Source: an uncultured Aliarcobacter sp.
GTDB lineage: Bacteria > Campylobacterota > Campylobacteria > Campylobacterales > Arcobacteraceae
Direction of reading: 5' to 3'
Length of the DNA: 64,000 bases
Assembly: GCA_963677435.1 (NCBI GenBank)
Contig: OY781945.1
Span: 1,856,001-1,920,000, forward strand
In this document: in pieces, positions 51,623 to 62,193 of the stretch
Layout: every line of letters begins with the position of its first letter
Position numbering within the stretch: the stretch's first letter is position 1
Notes under the pieces: model-generated
What the model was told of the DNA's origin: nothing
What the model saw: only the letters and a program-made list of their open reading frames with translations
The model's database searches: none
Translations under genes and position numbers: made by a program

Positions 51623-52762
51623 TTAACTTATATTATTTATTGCTTCATAAACTTTAATTGCTTGAAAGTGCTCTTTTACATCATGGCATCTAATAATTGA
51701 AGCACCATTTTTTATAGATTCAAGATGAATCGCTAAAGTTCCCGGAAGTCTATCTACAACTTCAGCTGGAGTTATCATATTAATCATAGATTTTCTACTA
51801 GCGCCTATTAATAACTCATATCCAAAATGCTTAAAATGTTCTAGATTTTTTAGTAATAATAAGTTATGTTCTAGTGTTTTTCCAAATCCAATTCCAACAT
51901 CTAAAACAATATCTTTTATTCCAAAACTTTGAGCTTTTTCAATTTGATTTTTTAAATAACTATCTATTTCTAAAATCACATTTTCATAAAAAGGTTCTTG
52001 TTGCATTGAAGTAGGGTCATTTTGCATATGCATAATAACAACTTGAGCATCATATTTTGAAGCAATTTTGCAAACTTCATCATTTTCTAAACCTGTAATA
52101 TCATTTACTATTTTAAAACCATGATTTAAAACATAATCAATTACTTTTGGAGCATAAGAATCAATTGAAAAATCAACTTTTTCATAATATTTATTTTTAT
52201 AAATCGTATCAACTATATCTTTTATTCTGATCAATTCAACATCTTCTTCAACTGCAATACTTCCAGGTCTACTTGAAACAGCACCAATATCAATAATATT
52301 AGCACCATCTTCAATCATTTTCTCAATTAAAAAAGAGGCTTGTGAGTTATCAAATCTACTATTTTTAAAAAATGAATCTTCATTTGCATTTAAAACACCC
52401 ATGATTTTAGTTTTATAATTTATTTCTTTTACATAATCTTTTAATGATTTAGCTAACTCTTTTAAACCAAAAGGTTGAGCTAGCTCTTTTCTAGATAGAG
52501 TTTCAAAATGTTTTGTAGTTCCTATTAAAACAGCATCCACATATTTGTCTTTGGCAATTATTACACCACTTGGAACTGCTAAATCAGCTCCAATAGATAA
52601 GGCATCTTGTTTTAAAATATTTGCAGCACCAACATGTAAATCTTTTATATATAAAGTGTGAAGCTTTGATTTTTTTGAAAGAATTGAAATTCCACCACTA
52701 TCACAACCTAAATTTTCATAAAATTTTTTAGTGTCATTGATTGATATTTTATATGTTTGCAT
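51623..52762 (-). CDS. folP: Dihydropteroate synthase with N-terminal extension
   Basis: IMGVLN..DSF, DIGAVSSRPG, DVGIGFGK, GASRKS, RCHDV. Confidence 0.94.
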   Translation of the reverse strand: MQTYKISINDTKKFYENLGCDSGGISILSKKSKLHTLYIKDLHVGAANILKQDALSIGADLAVPSGVIIAKDKYVDAVLIGTTKHFETLSRKELAQPFGLKELAKSLKDYVKEINYKTKIMGVLNANEDSFFKNSRFDNSQASFLIEKMIEDGANIIDIGAVSSRPGSIAVEEDVELIRIKDIVDTIYKNKYYEKVDFSIDSYAPKVIDYVLNHGFKIVNDITGLENDEVCKIASKYDAQVVIMHMQNDPTSMQQEPFYENVILEIDSYLKNQIEKAQSFGIKDIVLDVGIGFGKTLEHNLLLLKNLEHFKHFGYELLIGASRKSMINMITPAEVVDRLPGTLAIHLESIKNGASIIRCHDVKEHFQAIKVYEAINNIS

Positions 52763-52773
52763 ATAAAACCTTT

Positions 52774-53400
52774 TTAATGTTTATTTTTTTGATTAGCTAA
52801 AGATAAAAGTAGGGTAGTTAACACATTTATTGGTCTTGAATTTAGTTCTAATAATTTTATAGATTTAGAAAAAAATTCTAATTGTTTTCTTGAAAGTCTA
52901 ATTTTTTGATTATTAACTTTTATTAAAATTGCTTCAACAATATCTTTTGCTTCATTTTTTGAAATCTTTTGATTATCTTTTAAAAAATTGTAAATATCTT
53001 TTAAATCTAATTTATTTATATCTAGTAAAGATTCAGCTTTTAAAATAGATTTTTTTAGATATTTATATGGTAATCTTGAATAAATAGTTGGTAATAGTGA
53101 TGATTTTGAATTTGTGATGATTATAAAAACAACATTTTTTGGTGGTTCTTCTAAAATCTTTAATAAAGAGTTTTGAGCCTCTTTTCTAAATGTACTTCCA
53201 CATAAAAAAATATATTTCTTTTCACTTGTTGCAATATAAGCCTCTTTTATAGCCAAGTTTGCTTGAACTAGTAAAAACTCTTCTTTTTCTTCGTTTTTTA
53301 TAATTCTTGTAGAATGTATTGGATAAGTTGGTAGTAATTCACTTAAAGTTGCATCTATATCATTAACAATTAAAATAGATGAATTATCAATAAAATTCAT
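52774..53400 (-). CDS. holB: DNA polymerase III subunit delta'
   Basis: EAQNSLLKILEEPP, LLPTIYSR. Confidence 0.87.
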   Translation of the reverse strand: MNFIDNSSILIVNDIDATLSELLPTYPIHSTRIIKNEEKEEFLLVQANLAIKEAYIATSEKKYIFLCGSTFRKEAQNSLLKILEEPPKNVVFIIITNSKSSLLPTIYSRLPYKYLKKSILKAESLLDINKLDLKDIYNFLKDNQKISKNEAKDIVEAILIKVNNQKIRLSRKQLEFFSKSIKLLELNSRPINVLTTLLLSLANQKNKH

Positions 53401-53403
53401 CTA

Positions 53404-53955
53404 TTAGTTTTCAATATTTATTTCAGCAAATAGTGTAGCACTTACTGATTTATTATATAGTCTAAACATTTGTAAAAGTTTCATATCCAATGCTTCATCA
53501 TTTGATTTTAAATTAAAAGCATCTTGTTTTTCTTCATCAAATAACCATAAAAAAGAGTGTTTTAAAACTTTTGGAATAGTTGCTCTTACATCTTGACTTC
53601 TTCCTATATACCAAAAACAGTATCCATTAGGAAAAGAGATGCTTAACATATCTTTTATATATGAAATATCTTCATCAGATTTTACACTATCCATATATCT
53701 ATAGAATGATTTAAAATCATAATATGGTAAAAAAGGTCTATTTAGTTTTGGAGAATTAATATTTGCTAAAATATACTCTAAAAACCATTCTCTCTCTTTA
53801 TCCGTAATTACAATTATAGAAAAACCTCTCTCTAATAAATTATAGATATTTTTTGAAACTAGTGGAGTCCATTCATATTTTTTTTCTTCTAACCAAGGAG
53901 AGATAAGTCTATCTTCCCTGATTGTATCAACGGTCCAATTTAAAAATTCTTGCAC
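53404..53955 (-). CDS. hobA: DnaA-binding replication regulator HobA
   Basis: WLEEKKYEWTPL, ITDKEREWF, RPFLP, FWYIG; in lysC-hobA-holB-folP order. Confidence 0.88.
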   Translation of the reverse strand: MQEFLNWTVDTIREDRLISPWLEEKKYEWTPLVSKNIYNLLERGFSIIVITDKEREWFLEYILANINSPKLNRPFLPYYDFKSFYRYMDSVKSDEDISYIKDMLSISFPNGYCFWYIGRSQDVRATIPKVLKHSFLWLFDEEKQDAFNLKSNDEALDMKLLQMFRLYNKSVSATLFAEINIEN

Positions 53956-53957
53956 TA

Positions 53958-55169
53958 CTATTTATCCAAGTTATAAACATCGTGTAAAGCTCGAACTGCT
54001 AGTTCTGCATATTTTAAATCAACAATCATAGAAATTTTAATTTCACTTGTTGAAATAATTCTTATATTAATATTTTCATTTGCCATTGCTGTAAATGCTT
54101 TTGATGCAACACCAGTATGAGATTTCATACCAACACCAACAACTGAAACTTTACAAATAGCTTCATTGTAATCAATATTTTTAGCTTGTTCTTTAAATTT
54201 TTCCATAACTTTTTTGCAAAGTTCAAAATCTGTAGTTGGAATTGTAAAATCTAAATCAGTTGTTCCATCTAGTCCTCTTGTTTGAACTATCATATCAACA
54301 TTTATATCTGCATCTGCAAGTGAAGTAAAAATTGAAGCTGCAATTCCTGGTTTATCAGTAACTCCATACATTCCTACTCTAATTTGATTTTTATCTAAAG
54401 CAATTCCACTTACAATTGGTTTTTCCATTATATTTTCTTCCTTTGTTATTAATGTACCTTCTACTTCTGGCGTGAAGCTACTTCTTGATACTAAATTTAC
54501 ATCTAATTTTTTTGCCATTTCTACTGATCTGTTTTGTAAAACTTTTGCACCTAATGATGCTAATTCTAACATTTCATCATATGAAATTTTTTCTAATTTT
54601 TTTGCTTTTGGCTCAATTCGGGGGTCTGTTGTATAAATACCATCAACATCAGTATAAATTTCACATACATCTGCTTCAATAGCACCAGCAATTGCAACTG
54701 CTGTTAAATCTGAACCACCTCGACCTAGAGTTGAAACTCTTAATGTATCTTGAGCAACACCTTGAAAACCAGCTACGATGATAATATTTCCATCTTTTAT
54801 AGCTTCTTTCATTTGTGTTGTATCAATAGACTCAATTCTGGCTTTTGTATGAGCATTATCAGTTACGATTCCTGCTTGTCTACCACTCATTGACATAGCT
54901 TTATATCCCATTTCATTTAATGCTATTGATAGTAGGGCAGAAGTAACTCTTTCCCCTGAACTTAAAAGCATATCAATTTCATCAACTTTGGGAGTTTTTG
55001 AATAATATTCAGCATATTCTATTAATTTATTTGTTTCTCCACTCATAGCAGAAACTACAGCAATAATATCATGACCTTGATCTTTTATTTTTTTAATGAT
55101 ATTTGCAACATTTTGTATTCTATCAAGTGTACCAACACTTGTTCCACCAAACTTAAGTACTTTTAACAT
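53958..55169 (-). CDS. lysC: Aspartate kinase
   Basis: KFGGTSVG, TLGRGGSD, YTDVDG, two ACT domains. Confidence 0.96.
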   Translation of the reverse strand: MLKVLKFGGTSVGTLDRIQNVANIIKKIKDQGHDIIAVVSAMSGETNKLIEYAEYYSKTPKVDEIDMLLSSGERVTSALLSIALNEMGYKAMSMSGRQAGIVTDNAHTKARIESIDTTQMKEAIKDGNIIIVAGFQGVAQDTLRVSTLGRGGSDLTAVAIAGAIEADVCEIYTDVDGIYTTDPRIEPKAKKLEKISYDEMLELASLGAKVLQNRSVEMAKKLDVNLVSRSSFTPEVEGTLITKEENIMEKPIVSGIALDKNQIRVGMYGVTDKPGIAASIFTSLADADINVDMIVQTRGLDGTTDLDFTIPTTDFELCKKVMEKFKEQAKNIDYNEAICKVSVVGVGMKSHTGVASKAFTAMANENINIRIISTSEIKISMIVDLKYAELAVRALHDVYNLDK

Positions 55170-55186
55170 CTAATTTCTTATCCTTT

Positions 55187-55684
55187 TTAAATATAACCCT
55201 CAGTTTTAAAATATTTTAGAACTTGTTTGTAAACAGTTCTTTTAAAAAAAGTTATATAATCATAAATATTTTTAGTAGGCACAAATTTATATTCGCTAAA
55301 TTCAGGAATTTCTGTGTTAATATTTATTTTAGCGCCTTTTTTCAATTTTACTAAATAATATTTTTGTCTTTGGCCATCATAAGGGTACATTCTTTTTGCA
55401 ATTGCAGGAGGGAATTCATATGAGACCCAAGTTGGATATTCAGCTATTATCTCAATATCTCTTGTTCCTATTTCCTCTTCTAATTCTCTAAATAATGCTT
55501 CTTTTGATGTCTCACCCTCATCAATACCACCTTGTGGAAATTGCCAAGCATTTTCAACATCAGTTCTTGAGGCTATAAATATTTCACATTTATGAGGATA
55601 TTTTGCTGATAGTACAATTGCTGCTACATTAGGTCGAAATTTTTTTTTCTCGTTGTTAATTGTGTTTTCATTTTTATCAGTCAT
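55187..55684 (-). CDS. rppH: RNA pyrophosphohydrolase
   Basis: FRPNV, WQFPQGGIDEGE...RELEEEIG, GQRQKY. Confidence 0.94.
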   Translation of the reverse strand: MTDKNENTINNEKKKFRPNVAAIVLSAKYPHKCEIFIASRTDVENAWQFPQGGIDEGETSKEALFRELEEEIGTRDIEIIAEYPTWVSYEFPPAIAKRMYPYDGQRQKYYLVKLKKGAKININTEIPEFSEYKFVPTKNIYDYITFFKRTVYKQVLKYFKTEGYI

Positions 55685-55739
55685 AAATATATTTTCCCTT
55701 ATAATTAGCCAGATATTTTACAAAAACTAGGATTAAAAA

Positions 55740-56807
55740 TTGCTTTTATATATACACATTCCCTTTTGCGACAGTAAATGTTTTTACTGCGCTTTTAATT
55801 CATACACAGATAGATTTCACTTAAAACATGAATATATGAATGCATTAAAATTACAACTAAGAAATAATTTGGATAATTATGTAATTAAACATAATAAAAA
55901 GATTGAAACAGTTTTCATAGGAGGAGGAACTCCATCAACAATTAAGCCAGTTGAATATGAAGAAATTTTTGAAATGATTAAACCATATTTAGAAGAATTT
56001 GCAGAAATTACAACTGAAGCAAATCCTAATTCTGCATCATTAGAATGGCTTCAAAGTATGAAGAATTTAGGTGTTAATCGAGTAAGCTTTGGAGTACAAA
56101 GTTTTGATAATGATAAGCTAAAATTCCTAGGTCGAGCACATAATAGTAATAGTGCTATAAAAGCTATACAAAATGCCAATAGTATAGGTTTTAAAGGTAT
56201 TAATTGCGATATAATATACGGAGTACAGAATGACACTTTAGAGAGTATGAAAAAGGATTTTGACACTGCTTTTTCTTTACCAATTACGCATCTTAGTGCT
56301 TACTCATTAACTATAGAAGAAGGAACAAAATTCTTTGATAGATCAAGTGTAAAAATTGATGATGAAGAGTTGTCATATAAAATTTTTGATTACATAAATA
56401 CAAAAGGTTTTCACCAATATGAGATTTCAAATTTTGCAAAAAATAAAGAATCTGAGTCAAAACACAACTATGGTTATTGGCAACATAAAGAGTATTTAGG
56501 AGTTGGTGCTGGAGCTGTTGGATATGTGAATCAACACAGATATTATCCATCTAAAAGTTTAGAAGAATATATCAAAAATCCATTGGCTTGTGAGTTAGAA
56601 AAAATAGATGAAAATGATGTAAAAACAGAAAAAATCTTACTTGGATTTAGGTCTTTAAATGGTGTTGAAATATCACTTTTTAGTGAAGAAGAATTGAAAA
56701 AAGTTGATGATTTAGTGAACTATGACAAAGTTTATATAGAAAATGATAAGGTTTTTAATAAAAATTTTTTACTTTCAGATGAATTAGCCTTATATATTTT
56801 GGATTAA
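55740..56807 (+). CDS. hemW: Radical SAM heme chaperone
   Basis: YIHIPFCDSKCFYCAFN, GGGTPS, YEISNF, HNYGYW. Confidence 0.9.
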   Translation: MLLYIHIPFCDSKCFYCAFNSYTDRFHLKHEYMNALKLQLRNNLDNYVIKHNKKIETVFIGGGTPSTIKPVEYEEIFEMIKPYLEEFAEITTEANPNSASLEWLQSMKNLGVNRVSFGVQSFDNDKLKFLGRAHNSNSAIKAIQNANSIGFKGINCDIIYGVQNDTLESMKKDFDTAFSLPITHLSAYSLTIEEGTKFFDRSSVKIDDEELSYKIFDYINTKGFHQYEISNFAKNKESESKHNYGYWQHKEYLGVGAGAVGYVNQHRYYPSKSLEEYIKNPLACELEKIDENDVKTEKILLGFRSLNGVEISLFSEEELKKVDDLVNYDKVYIENDKVFNKNFLLSDELALYILD

Positions 56808-56859
56808 TCTATTAATCAAACTTATATTATAATTCAAGCTTTTAAAAGGTAAAAACTAA

Positions 56860-57687
56860 ATGACGATAAAAGACACAATAAGAAAATATACAAATGAACT
56901 AAAACTTGTAACTCATATTCCAGCAAAAGAAGTTGAAATATTAATGTTACATCTTTTAGAAAAAAACACTATCTGGCTACATTTGAACTACAATATTGAG
57001 TTTGAAAAAGAGAAAGAGTTAGCTGTTTTAGTAAAAAAAAGAGCCACAAACTATCCACTAGAATACATTATAAATAAGGCTTCATTTTATGGGGAAATGT
57101 TTATAGTAAAAGAAGGTGTGTTAATACCACGACCTGAAACAGAAATTTTGGTTGAAAATACTGTTGAAATTCTAAAAGATAAAAAAGAGACTATAAAAGT
57201 TTTAGAAATAGGAACTGGCAGTGGAATAATATCTGTAATGCTTGCAATGTTGATTGAAAATATAAAAATTATAGCTGTTGATATAAATGAAAAAGCAATA
57301 GAGCTAGCAAAACAAAATGCTATAAAACATGGAGTTGAAAATAAAATAGAGTTTAGATTGAGTAATTTATATGAGAATGTAAGTGAAAATGATATTTTTA
57401 TGACCATTTCAAACCCTCCATACATTGCAAATAATTATAAACTTCCAACAAATGTAAAATATGAACCGTCAAATGCTTTGTTTGGTGGAGATATTGGGGA
57501 TGAACTTTTAAAAGATATTATAAAACAAACAAGTGAGAAAAAAATACCATATTTACTTTGTGAAATGGGATTTGATCAAAAAGCTCCTTTGGAAAATTAT
57601 TTCAAAGAGTTTAAAATTGATTTATTTAGTTTTTATAAAGATTACGAAAGTTTTGATAGAGGATTTACTCTAAAATTTAAAATATAG
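56860..57687 (+). CDS. prmC: Release factor glutamine methyltransferase
   Basis: VLIPRPETE, EIGTGSG, SNPPY. Confidence 0.95.
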   Translation: MTIKDTIRKYTNELKLVTHIPAKEVEILMLHLLEKNTIWLHLNYNIEFEKEKELAVLVKKRATNYPLEYIINKASFYGEMFIVKEGVLIPRPETEILVENTVEILKDKKETIKVLEIGTGSGIISVMLAMLIENIKIIAVDINEKAIELAKQNAIKHGVENKIEFRLSNLYENVSENDIFMTISNPPYIANNYKLPTNVKYEPSNALFGGDIGDELLKDIIKQTSEKKIPYLLCEMGFDQKAPLENYFKEFKIDLFSFYKDYESFDRGFTLKFKI

Positions 57688-57701
57688 AAAAAGGAATAAA
57701 A

Positions 57702-59669
57702 ATGTTTAAAGAATTTAATTTAGAAAATTTAGAAAATTCAAAAGAGTTGTTAGAAAACATATTAGATGAAAATAGAAAAAAAATTGCTGATTTATTAAAA
57801 ATAGAAAATAAAACTTACAAAAACTTTGTTTTACCATTTCAAGAAATAGGGGAGAGTATTAATGATTTTTTAACTCCAATCTTTCATATTGATTCAGTTA
57901 AAAATTCTGAAATCACAACAAAAGTTTATGAAGAGTGTATCCCTGTAATCTCAAAATATGAAACTGAGATTTCTCAAAATGATAATATTTATCTAGCTTT
58001 AAAAGATATACAGTCTAAAGAAAAAAGTACATTAAATAATATACAAAATAAAGTTCTTGAAAATGAAATTAGAGATTTCAAATTATCAGGTTGTCATTTG
58101 GAAACCGATAAAAAGAAAAGATTAGAGGAGATAAGTTTAAGACTTAGCGAGATATCTCATAAGTTTTCTCAAAACATTTTAAATGCTACAAATGCATTTG
58201 AAATGGTTATTGATAATTTTGAAGATGTAAAAGAAATCCCAAGTTCAGATTTAGAGTTAGCAAAATTTGAAGAAGATGGAATTACTAAATATAAATTTAC
58301 ACTTCAAATGCCATCATATTTAGCTTATATTACATATGGTACAAATAGAGAAAGAAGAGAAGAAATATATAAAGCTTATTGTACAAAAGCCCCTCAAAAT
58401 GGAAAAATTATTGAAGAAATTCTAGCTTTAAAAGATGAAAAAGTAAAAATTTTAGGATTTGATTCTTATTCACAATATTCACTTGCGACAAAGATGGCTT
58501 CAAAAGAAGAGGATGTTATCTCATTTTTAGAAGAATTAGGACACAAAGCAAAGAAAAAAGCAAAAGAAGAGCTTGAAGAGATAAAAGCAATCGCTTTAAA
58601 AGATGGTATTACAGATTTTAGATCAAGTGATATGTCATATTATTCTGAAAAACTGAAAAAAGCTCAATATGATTTAGATGAAGAGTACTACAGACCATAT
58701 TTTGAACAACAATCAGTATTAAATGGCTTCTTTGACTTCTTACATCAAATGTTTAATATTAAATTTACAAAAGCAGATACTCCTGCTTGGGATGAAAAAG
58801 TAAAAGTTTATGATTTAAGTGAAAATGATAAAACTATAGCTAGAATTTATATTGATTTAGAATCAAGAAAAGATAAAAGAGGTGGTGCATGGATGAATAA
58901 TTGGCATTCTCACTATAGAACTTCTGAGGGTGAAATAAAACTTCCAACAGCTTATATTGTAGGAAATTTTCCTCAATCTACAAAAGAAACGCCATCTTTA
59001 TTAAGACATAATGATGTTGTTACACTATTCCATGAAATGGGTCATGCATTACATCATTTATTAAGTAAAATTGAAGAACCATTTGTAAGTGGGATTTCAG
59101 GAGTTGCTTGGGATACAGTAGAATTTCCATCACAATTTTTAGAATATTTCTCTTATGATAAAGATGTTTTAAAACTTTTTGCTAAGCATTATAAAACAAA
59201 AAAAGTATTAGATGATGAGGCAATTGATAAAATTATAAAAGCTAAAAACTTTCAGTCGTCATTAGCGACAGTTAGGCAAGTTGAGTTTGCTTTGTTTGAT
59301 TTTAAACTATATCAAAAGTTATACAAAACTGAAGATGAAATACAAGATTTATTAGATACAATCAGAGACGAGTTTGCGGCTATGATACCTCCTAGATATA
59401 ATAAATTCCAAAATGGATTTTCACATATTTTCTCAGGTGGATATGCGGCTGGATATTACTCATATAAATGGGCTGAAGTTTTAAGTGCAGATGCTTTTTA
59501 TATGTTCATAGATTCAGGAAATATTTTTAATAAAGAGTTAGGAATAAAGTATAAAGATACCATTTTAAGTCAAGGTGGATCTTATGATATGGATAAATTA
59601 TTTTTTAATTTTGCACAAAGAGAGCCAAGTGTAGATTCTTTATTAAAAATTGATGGAATTATTAGCTAA
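57702..59669 (+). CDS. prlC: M3 family oligopeptidase A
   Basis: KRGGAWM, FHEMGHALH, VEFPSQ, FSHIFSGGYAAGYYSYKWA. Confidence 0.92.
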   Translation: MFKEFNLENLENSKELLENILDENRKKIADLLKIENKTYKNFVLPFQEIGESINDFLTPIFHIDSVKNSEITTKVYEECIPVISKYETEISQNDNIYLALKDIQSKEKSTLNNIQNKVLENEIRDFKLSGCHLETDKKKRLEEISLRLSEISHKFSQNILNATNAFEMVIDNFEDVKEIPSSDLELAKFEEDGITKYKFTLQMPSYLAYITYGTNRERREEIYKAYCTKAPQNGKIIEEILALKDEKVKILGFDSYSQYSLATKMASKEEDVISFLEELGHKAKKKAKEELEEIKAIALKDGITDFRSSDMSYYSEKLKKAQYDLDEEYYRPYFEQQSVLNGFFDFLHQMFNIKFTKADTPAWDEKVKVYDLSENDKTIARIYIDLESRKDKRGGAWMNNWHSHYRTSEGEIKLPTAYIVGNFPQSTKETPSLLRHNDVVTLFHEMGHALHHLLSKIEEPFVSGISGVAWDTVEFPSQFLEYFSYDKDVLKLFAKHYKTKKVLDDEAIDKIIKAKNFQSSLATVRQVEFALFDFKLYQKLYKTEDEIQDLLDTIRDEFAAMIPPRYNKFQNGFSHIFSGGYAAGYYSYKWAEVLSADAFYMFIDSGNIFNKELGIKYKDTILSQGGSYDMDKLFFNFAQREPSVDSLLKIDGIIS

Positions 59670-59721
59670 ATTTTGTAATAATACCACTCTTAATAACAAT
59701 ACCAACAAGGATTTAATAACC

Positions 59722-60189
59722 ATGACAAATGCAGAAACAATTTTAAAACTAAATGAAGCTTTAAGTACTCTAATTAAGGCATATGAAGAACTTCAAGAAG
59801 AAAATACTGGTTTAAAAGCTAGAATCAATGAATTAGAAGATGAAGTACTTGATCTTGAATCAGCAAAAGAAGATTTAGAAAAAAATGTTGATGAATTTAA
59901 AAATCATACTGAAAAAGACAAATCAAATATTAGCTCAATGTTAGGTAAAATAGAAAGCATTTTAAATAAAAAATCTTCAAGTACTTCTAATTCATCAAAT
60001 CATACATCAACTACACCAGTTGAAATGTCAAAAGAAAAAGTAGAAGAGAAGAAAGATGATATTTTCAGTAATCCATCAAATCCAGCTTCAAATACTTTGT
60101 TAGATAATGTAAAGAAAGAAGAAGAAAGTAATAGTAACAAAATTGATTTAAACAGAATGGCTTCATTGTTAAACGGATTTAATCACTAA
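59722..60189 (+). CDS. Coiled-coil hypothetical protein
   Basis: Heptad-rich N-terminal half and low-complexity C-terminus. Likely start at 59722 after AAGGA. Confidence 0.7.
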   Translation: MTNAETILKLNEALSTLIKAYEELQEENTGLKARINELEDEVLDLESAKEDLEKNVDEFKNHTEKDKSNISSMLGKIESILNKKSSSTSNSSNHTSTTPVEMSKEKVEEKKDDIFSNPSNPASNTLLDNVKKEEESNSNKIDLNRMASLLNGFNH

Positions 60190-60203
60190 AAAAGTTAATT
60201 AAA

Positions 60204-60473
60204 ATGATTACTCAAGTAAATAAAAACTCTTTATTTAATATGTTCGGAGTTAAAGATTTCAACCTATTAGAAGGTGTCATAGATAGTATGGCACCTTCTT
60301 TAGTTGAATATTATTTATCTAGTCTTACAGATGATGATGATACATATTTTAATAAAAGAGATATTGAAGAGTCAATTTCAATAGGGGATTATAACTTATA
60401 CATAGATTATAGTAAAAACATCTATTTAGAGTTAACTTCCACCTTTGAAGACACTACTCAATCATTTTGGTAA
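60204..60473 (+). CDS. Hypothetical protein
   Basis: 89-aa ORF co-oriented with the operon. Confidence 0.65.
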   Translation: MITQVNKNSLFNMFGVKDFNLLEGVIDSMAPSLVEYYLSSLTDDDDTYFNKRDIEESISIGDYNLYIDYSKNIYLELTSTFEDTTQSFW

Positions 60474-60485
60474 TAAAATTAGTTT

Positions 60486-60842
60486 TTATAAATTAGATAA
60501 TATCATATTCTCTATACCTGTACATTTTCCAATATGTGGTAAAAGTGTAAATTCTATTTGAGGGTATAACTTTTTAAATTTTTTAATCTCACAAGGAATA
60601 TCTTCTTGTACATGTTTTCCAGCAGCTAAAAAATAAGGAAATATTTTTATTTTAGTACATTCATTTGCTATAGCTTTATTTATCGCCATAAAAATAGAAG
60701 GTTCTGTTAGTTCTAAAAAAGCATGAAAAACCAATAAGTTTTCATCTTTTACACTATTTTTTATTTTTAATACAATATCCACTATTTCATCATTTGAACT
60801 TTTAAGTTTACTTCCATGGGCAACTATAATCAAAGCTTCCAT
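60486..60842 (-). CDS. CbiX/SirB-family small chelatase
   Basis: IIVAHGS, AFLELTEPS, PYFLAAGKHVQEDIP. Confidence 0.9.
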   Translation of the reverse strand: MEALIIVAHGSKLKSSNDEIVDIVLKIKNSVKDENLLVFHAFLELTEPSIFMAINKAIANECTKIKIFPYFLAAGKHVQEDIPCEIKKFKKLYPQIEFTLLPHIGKCTGIENMILSNL

Positions 60843-60871
60843 TTTAATCCTTTATTATATTTATTTAAATC

Positions 60872-61924
60872 CTAAAAAATATCAGTAGTTTTATATAATC
60901 TATCTTTATCAAAGTGAGTATAAATTCTAGAAGTATTAATATCTGCATGTCCAAGAGCTTCTTGAACAAGTATCAAATCATGATGTTTAGCATAAAGCAA
61001 AGTAGCAAAACTATGTCTTAGCATATGAGCACCATTTTTTTCTTTTCTAATTCCTGCACTTATTAAGATATTTTCAACTATTCTACTAACATAAGCCTGT
61101 GTTAATCTATCAGCTTTTTGATTACAAACTAATAAATCACTATTACAAACTCTCATATCAAGCCAATTATTTAAATCATTTTCAATAATTGAACTCTTTA
61201 TCATTACAACTCTTGGTTTATTTCCTTTACCTTTTATTTGTAATAAATAAACATTATCTTCTTTAAAAATATCTTTTAATTTTAAATTTAATATCTCACT
61301 AACCCTAATACCAGTATAAATGATGATTTTTAGGATAAGTCTATTTCTATATGCTGTATTATCTGTAAATTCAAAAGTATCAATAGCTTCTAAAAATTTA
61401 TCTATCTCATTTTTATTCATATAAGAGGGTAGTTTTGTTCCACCTTTTCCACTTAATCCACCCCAATTCTTTAACTCTATTTTATATAAAAATGAAGTTC
61501 CATCATCATTTTGGTTTTGTTTATCTATGTAAGAAAAGAAAGAAAGCAGGGCAATTCTATGATTCTTTTTTGAAGCATCAGATAATGCACTTGTTTGACT
61601 TGCTAAAAAATCACTCAACATCTCTTCATCTATTTCTTTCATTGATGCTAAACCTAAATTCATGGTGAATTTGTATAATTTAAATAAGGGATTAAAATAT
61701 GTATTTACACCACTTAAACCTATATTTCTAGCCTCTTTTACGATAATACTCAATTCATCAATAGATTTTGTACCTTTAACTAATGATTGAATTATATTTG
61801 CTAATTTATCTTTGTCATTAACTTGTCTATTTGAAAGAGTTGTTAATTTATTTCTTATGAATCTTTCAATCCAAAATAAAAGAGTCTTTTCAAAACTATT
61901 TATAAAATCTAACTCATAACGCAT
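60872..61924 (-). CDS. xerH: Chromosomal dimer-resolution tyrosine recombinase XerH
   Basis: About 350 aa with TGIRVSE, GKGNK, KEKNGAHMLRH and SRIYTHFD. Housekeeping context, 1.6 kb from a difH site. Confidence 0.9.
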   Translation of the reverse strand: MRYELDFINSFEKTLLFWIERFIRNKLTTLSNRQVNDKDKLANIIQSLVKGTKSIDELSIIVKEARNIGLSGVNTYFNPLFKLYKFTMNLGLASMKEIDEEMLSDFLASQTSALSDASKKNHRIALLSFFSYIDKQNQNDDGTSFLYKIELKNWGGLSGKGGTKLPSYMNKNEIDKFLEAIDTFEFTDNTAYRNRLILKIIIYTGIRVSEILNLKLKDIFKEDNVYLLQIKGKGNKPRVVMIKSSIIENDLNNWLDMRVCNSDLLVCNQKADRLTQAYVSRIVENILISAGIRKEKNGAHMLRHSFATLLYAKHHDLILVQEALGHADINTSRIYTHFDKDRLYKTTDIF

Positions 61925-62031
61925 ATCTATTCCTAATATTTTGTATTATCTTATTATAACAGTTTTAAAATAAAGGATTATTTTGAGATTAATTGAGTTA
62001 ATCTAAAGTTCAAATTACTTATATACTTTAT

Positions 62032-62193
62032 TTACTTATTTCCAACATAAAAAGAAGAATTAGGATCTTGTGCATTCATAACTCCTTGTTGCATTCTTTG
62101 TTCATTATCCACTTCATTTGTTTTTTGAACATAATATCTACTTGTAAAAAATAGAATCATAATAAATATTATTAACCAAGAACTTCTTTTCAT
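62032..62193 (-). CDS. Small single-TM or secreted protein (53 aa)
   Basis: Read by hand: AAAGGTG RBS, MKRSSWLIIFIMILFFTSRYYVQKTNEVDNEQRMQQGVMNAQDPNSSFYVGNK. Confidence 0.55.
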   Translation of the reverse strand: MKRSSWLIIFIMILFFTSRYYVQKTNEVDNEQRMQQGVMNAQDPNSSFYVGNK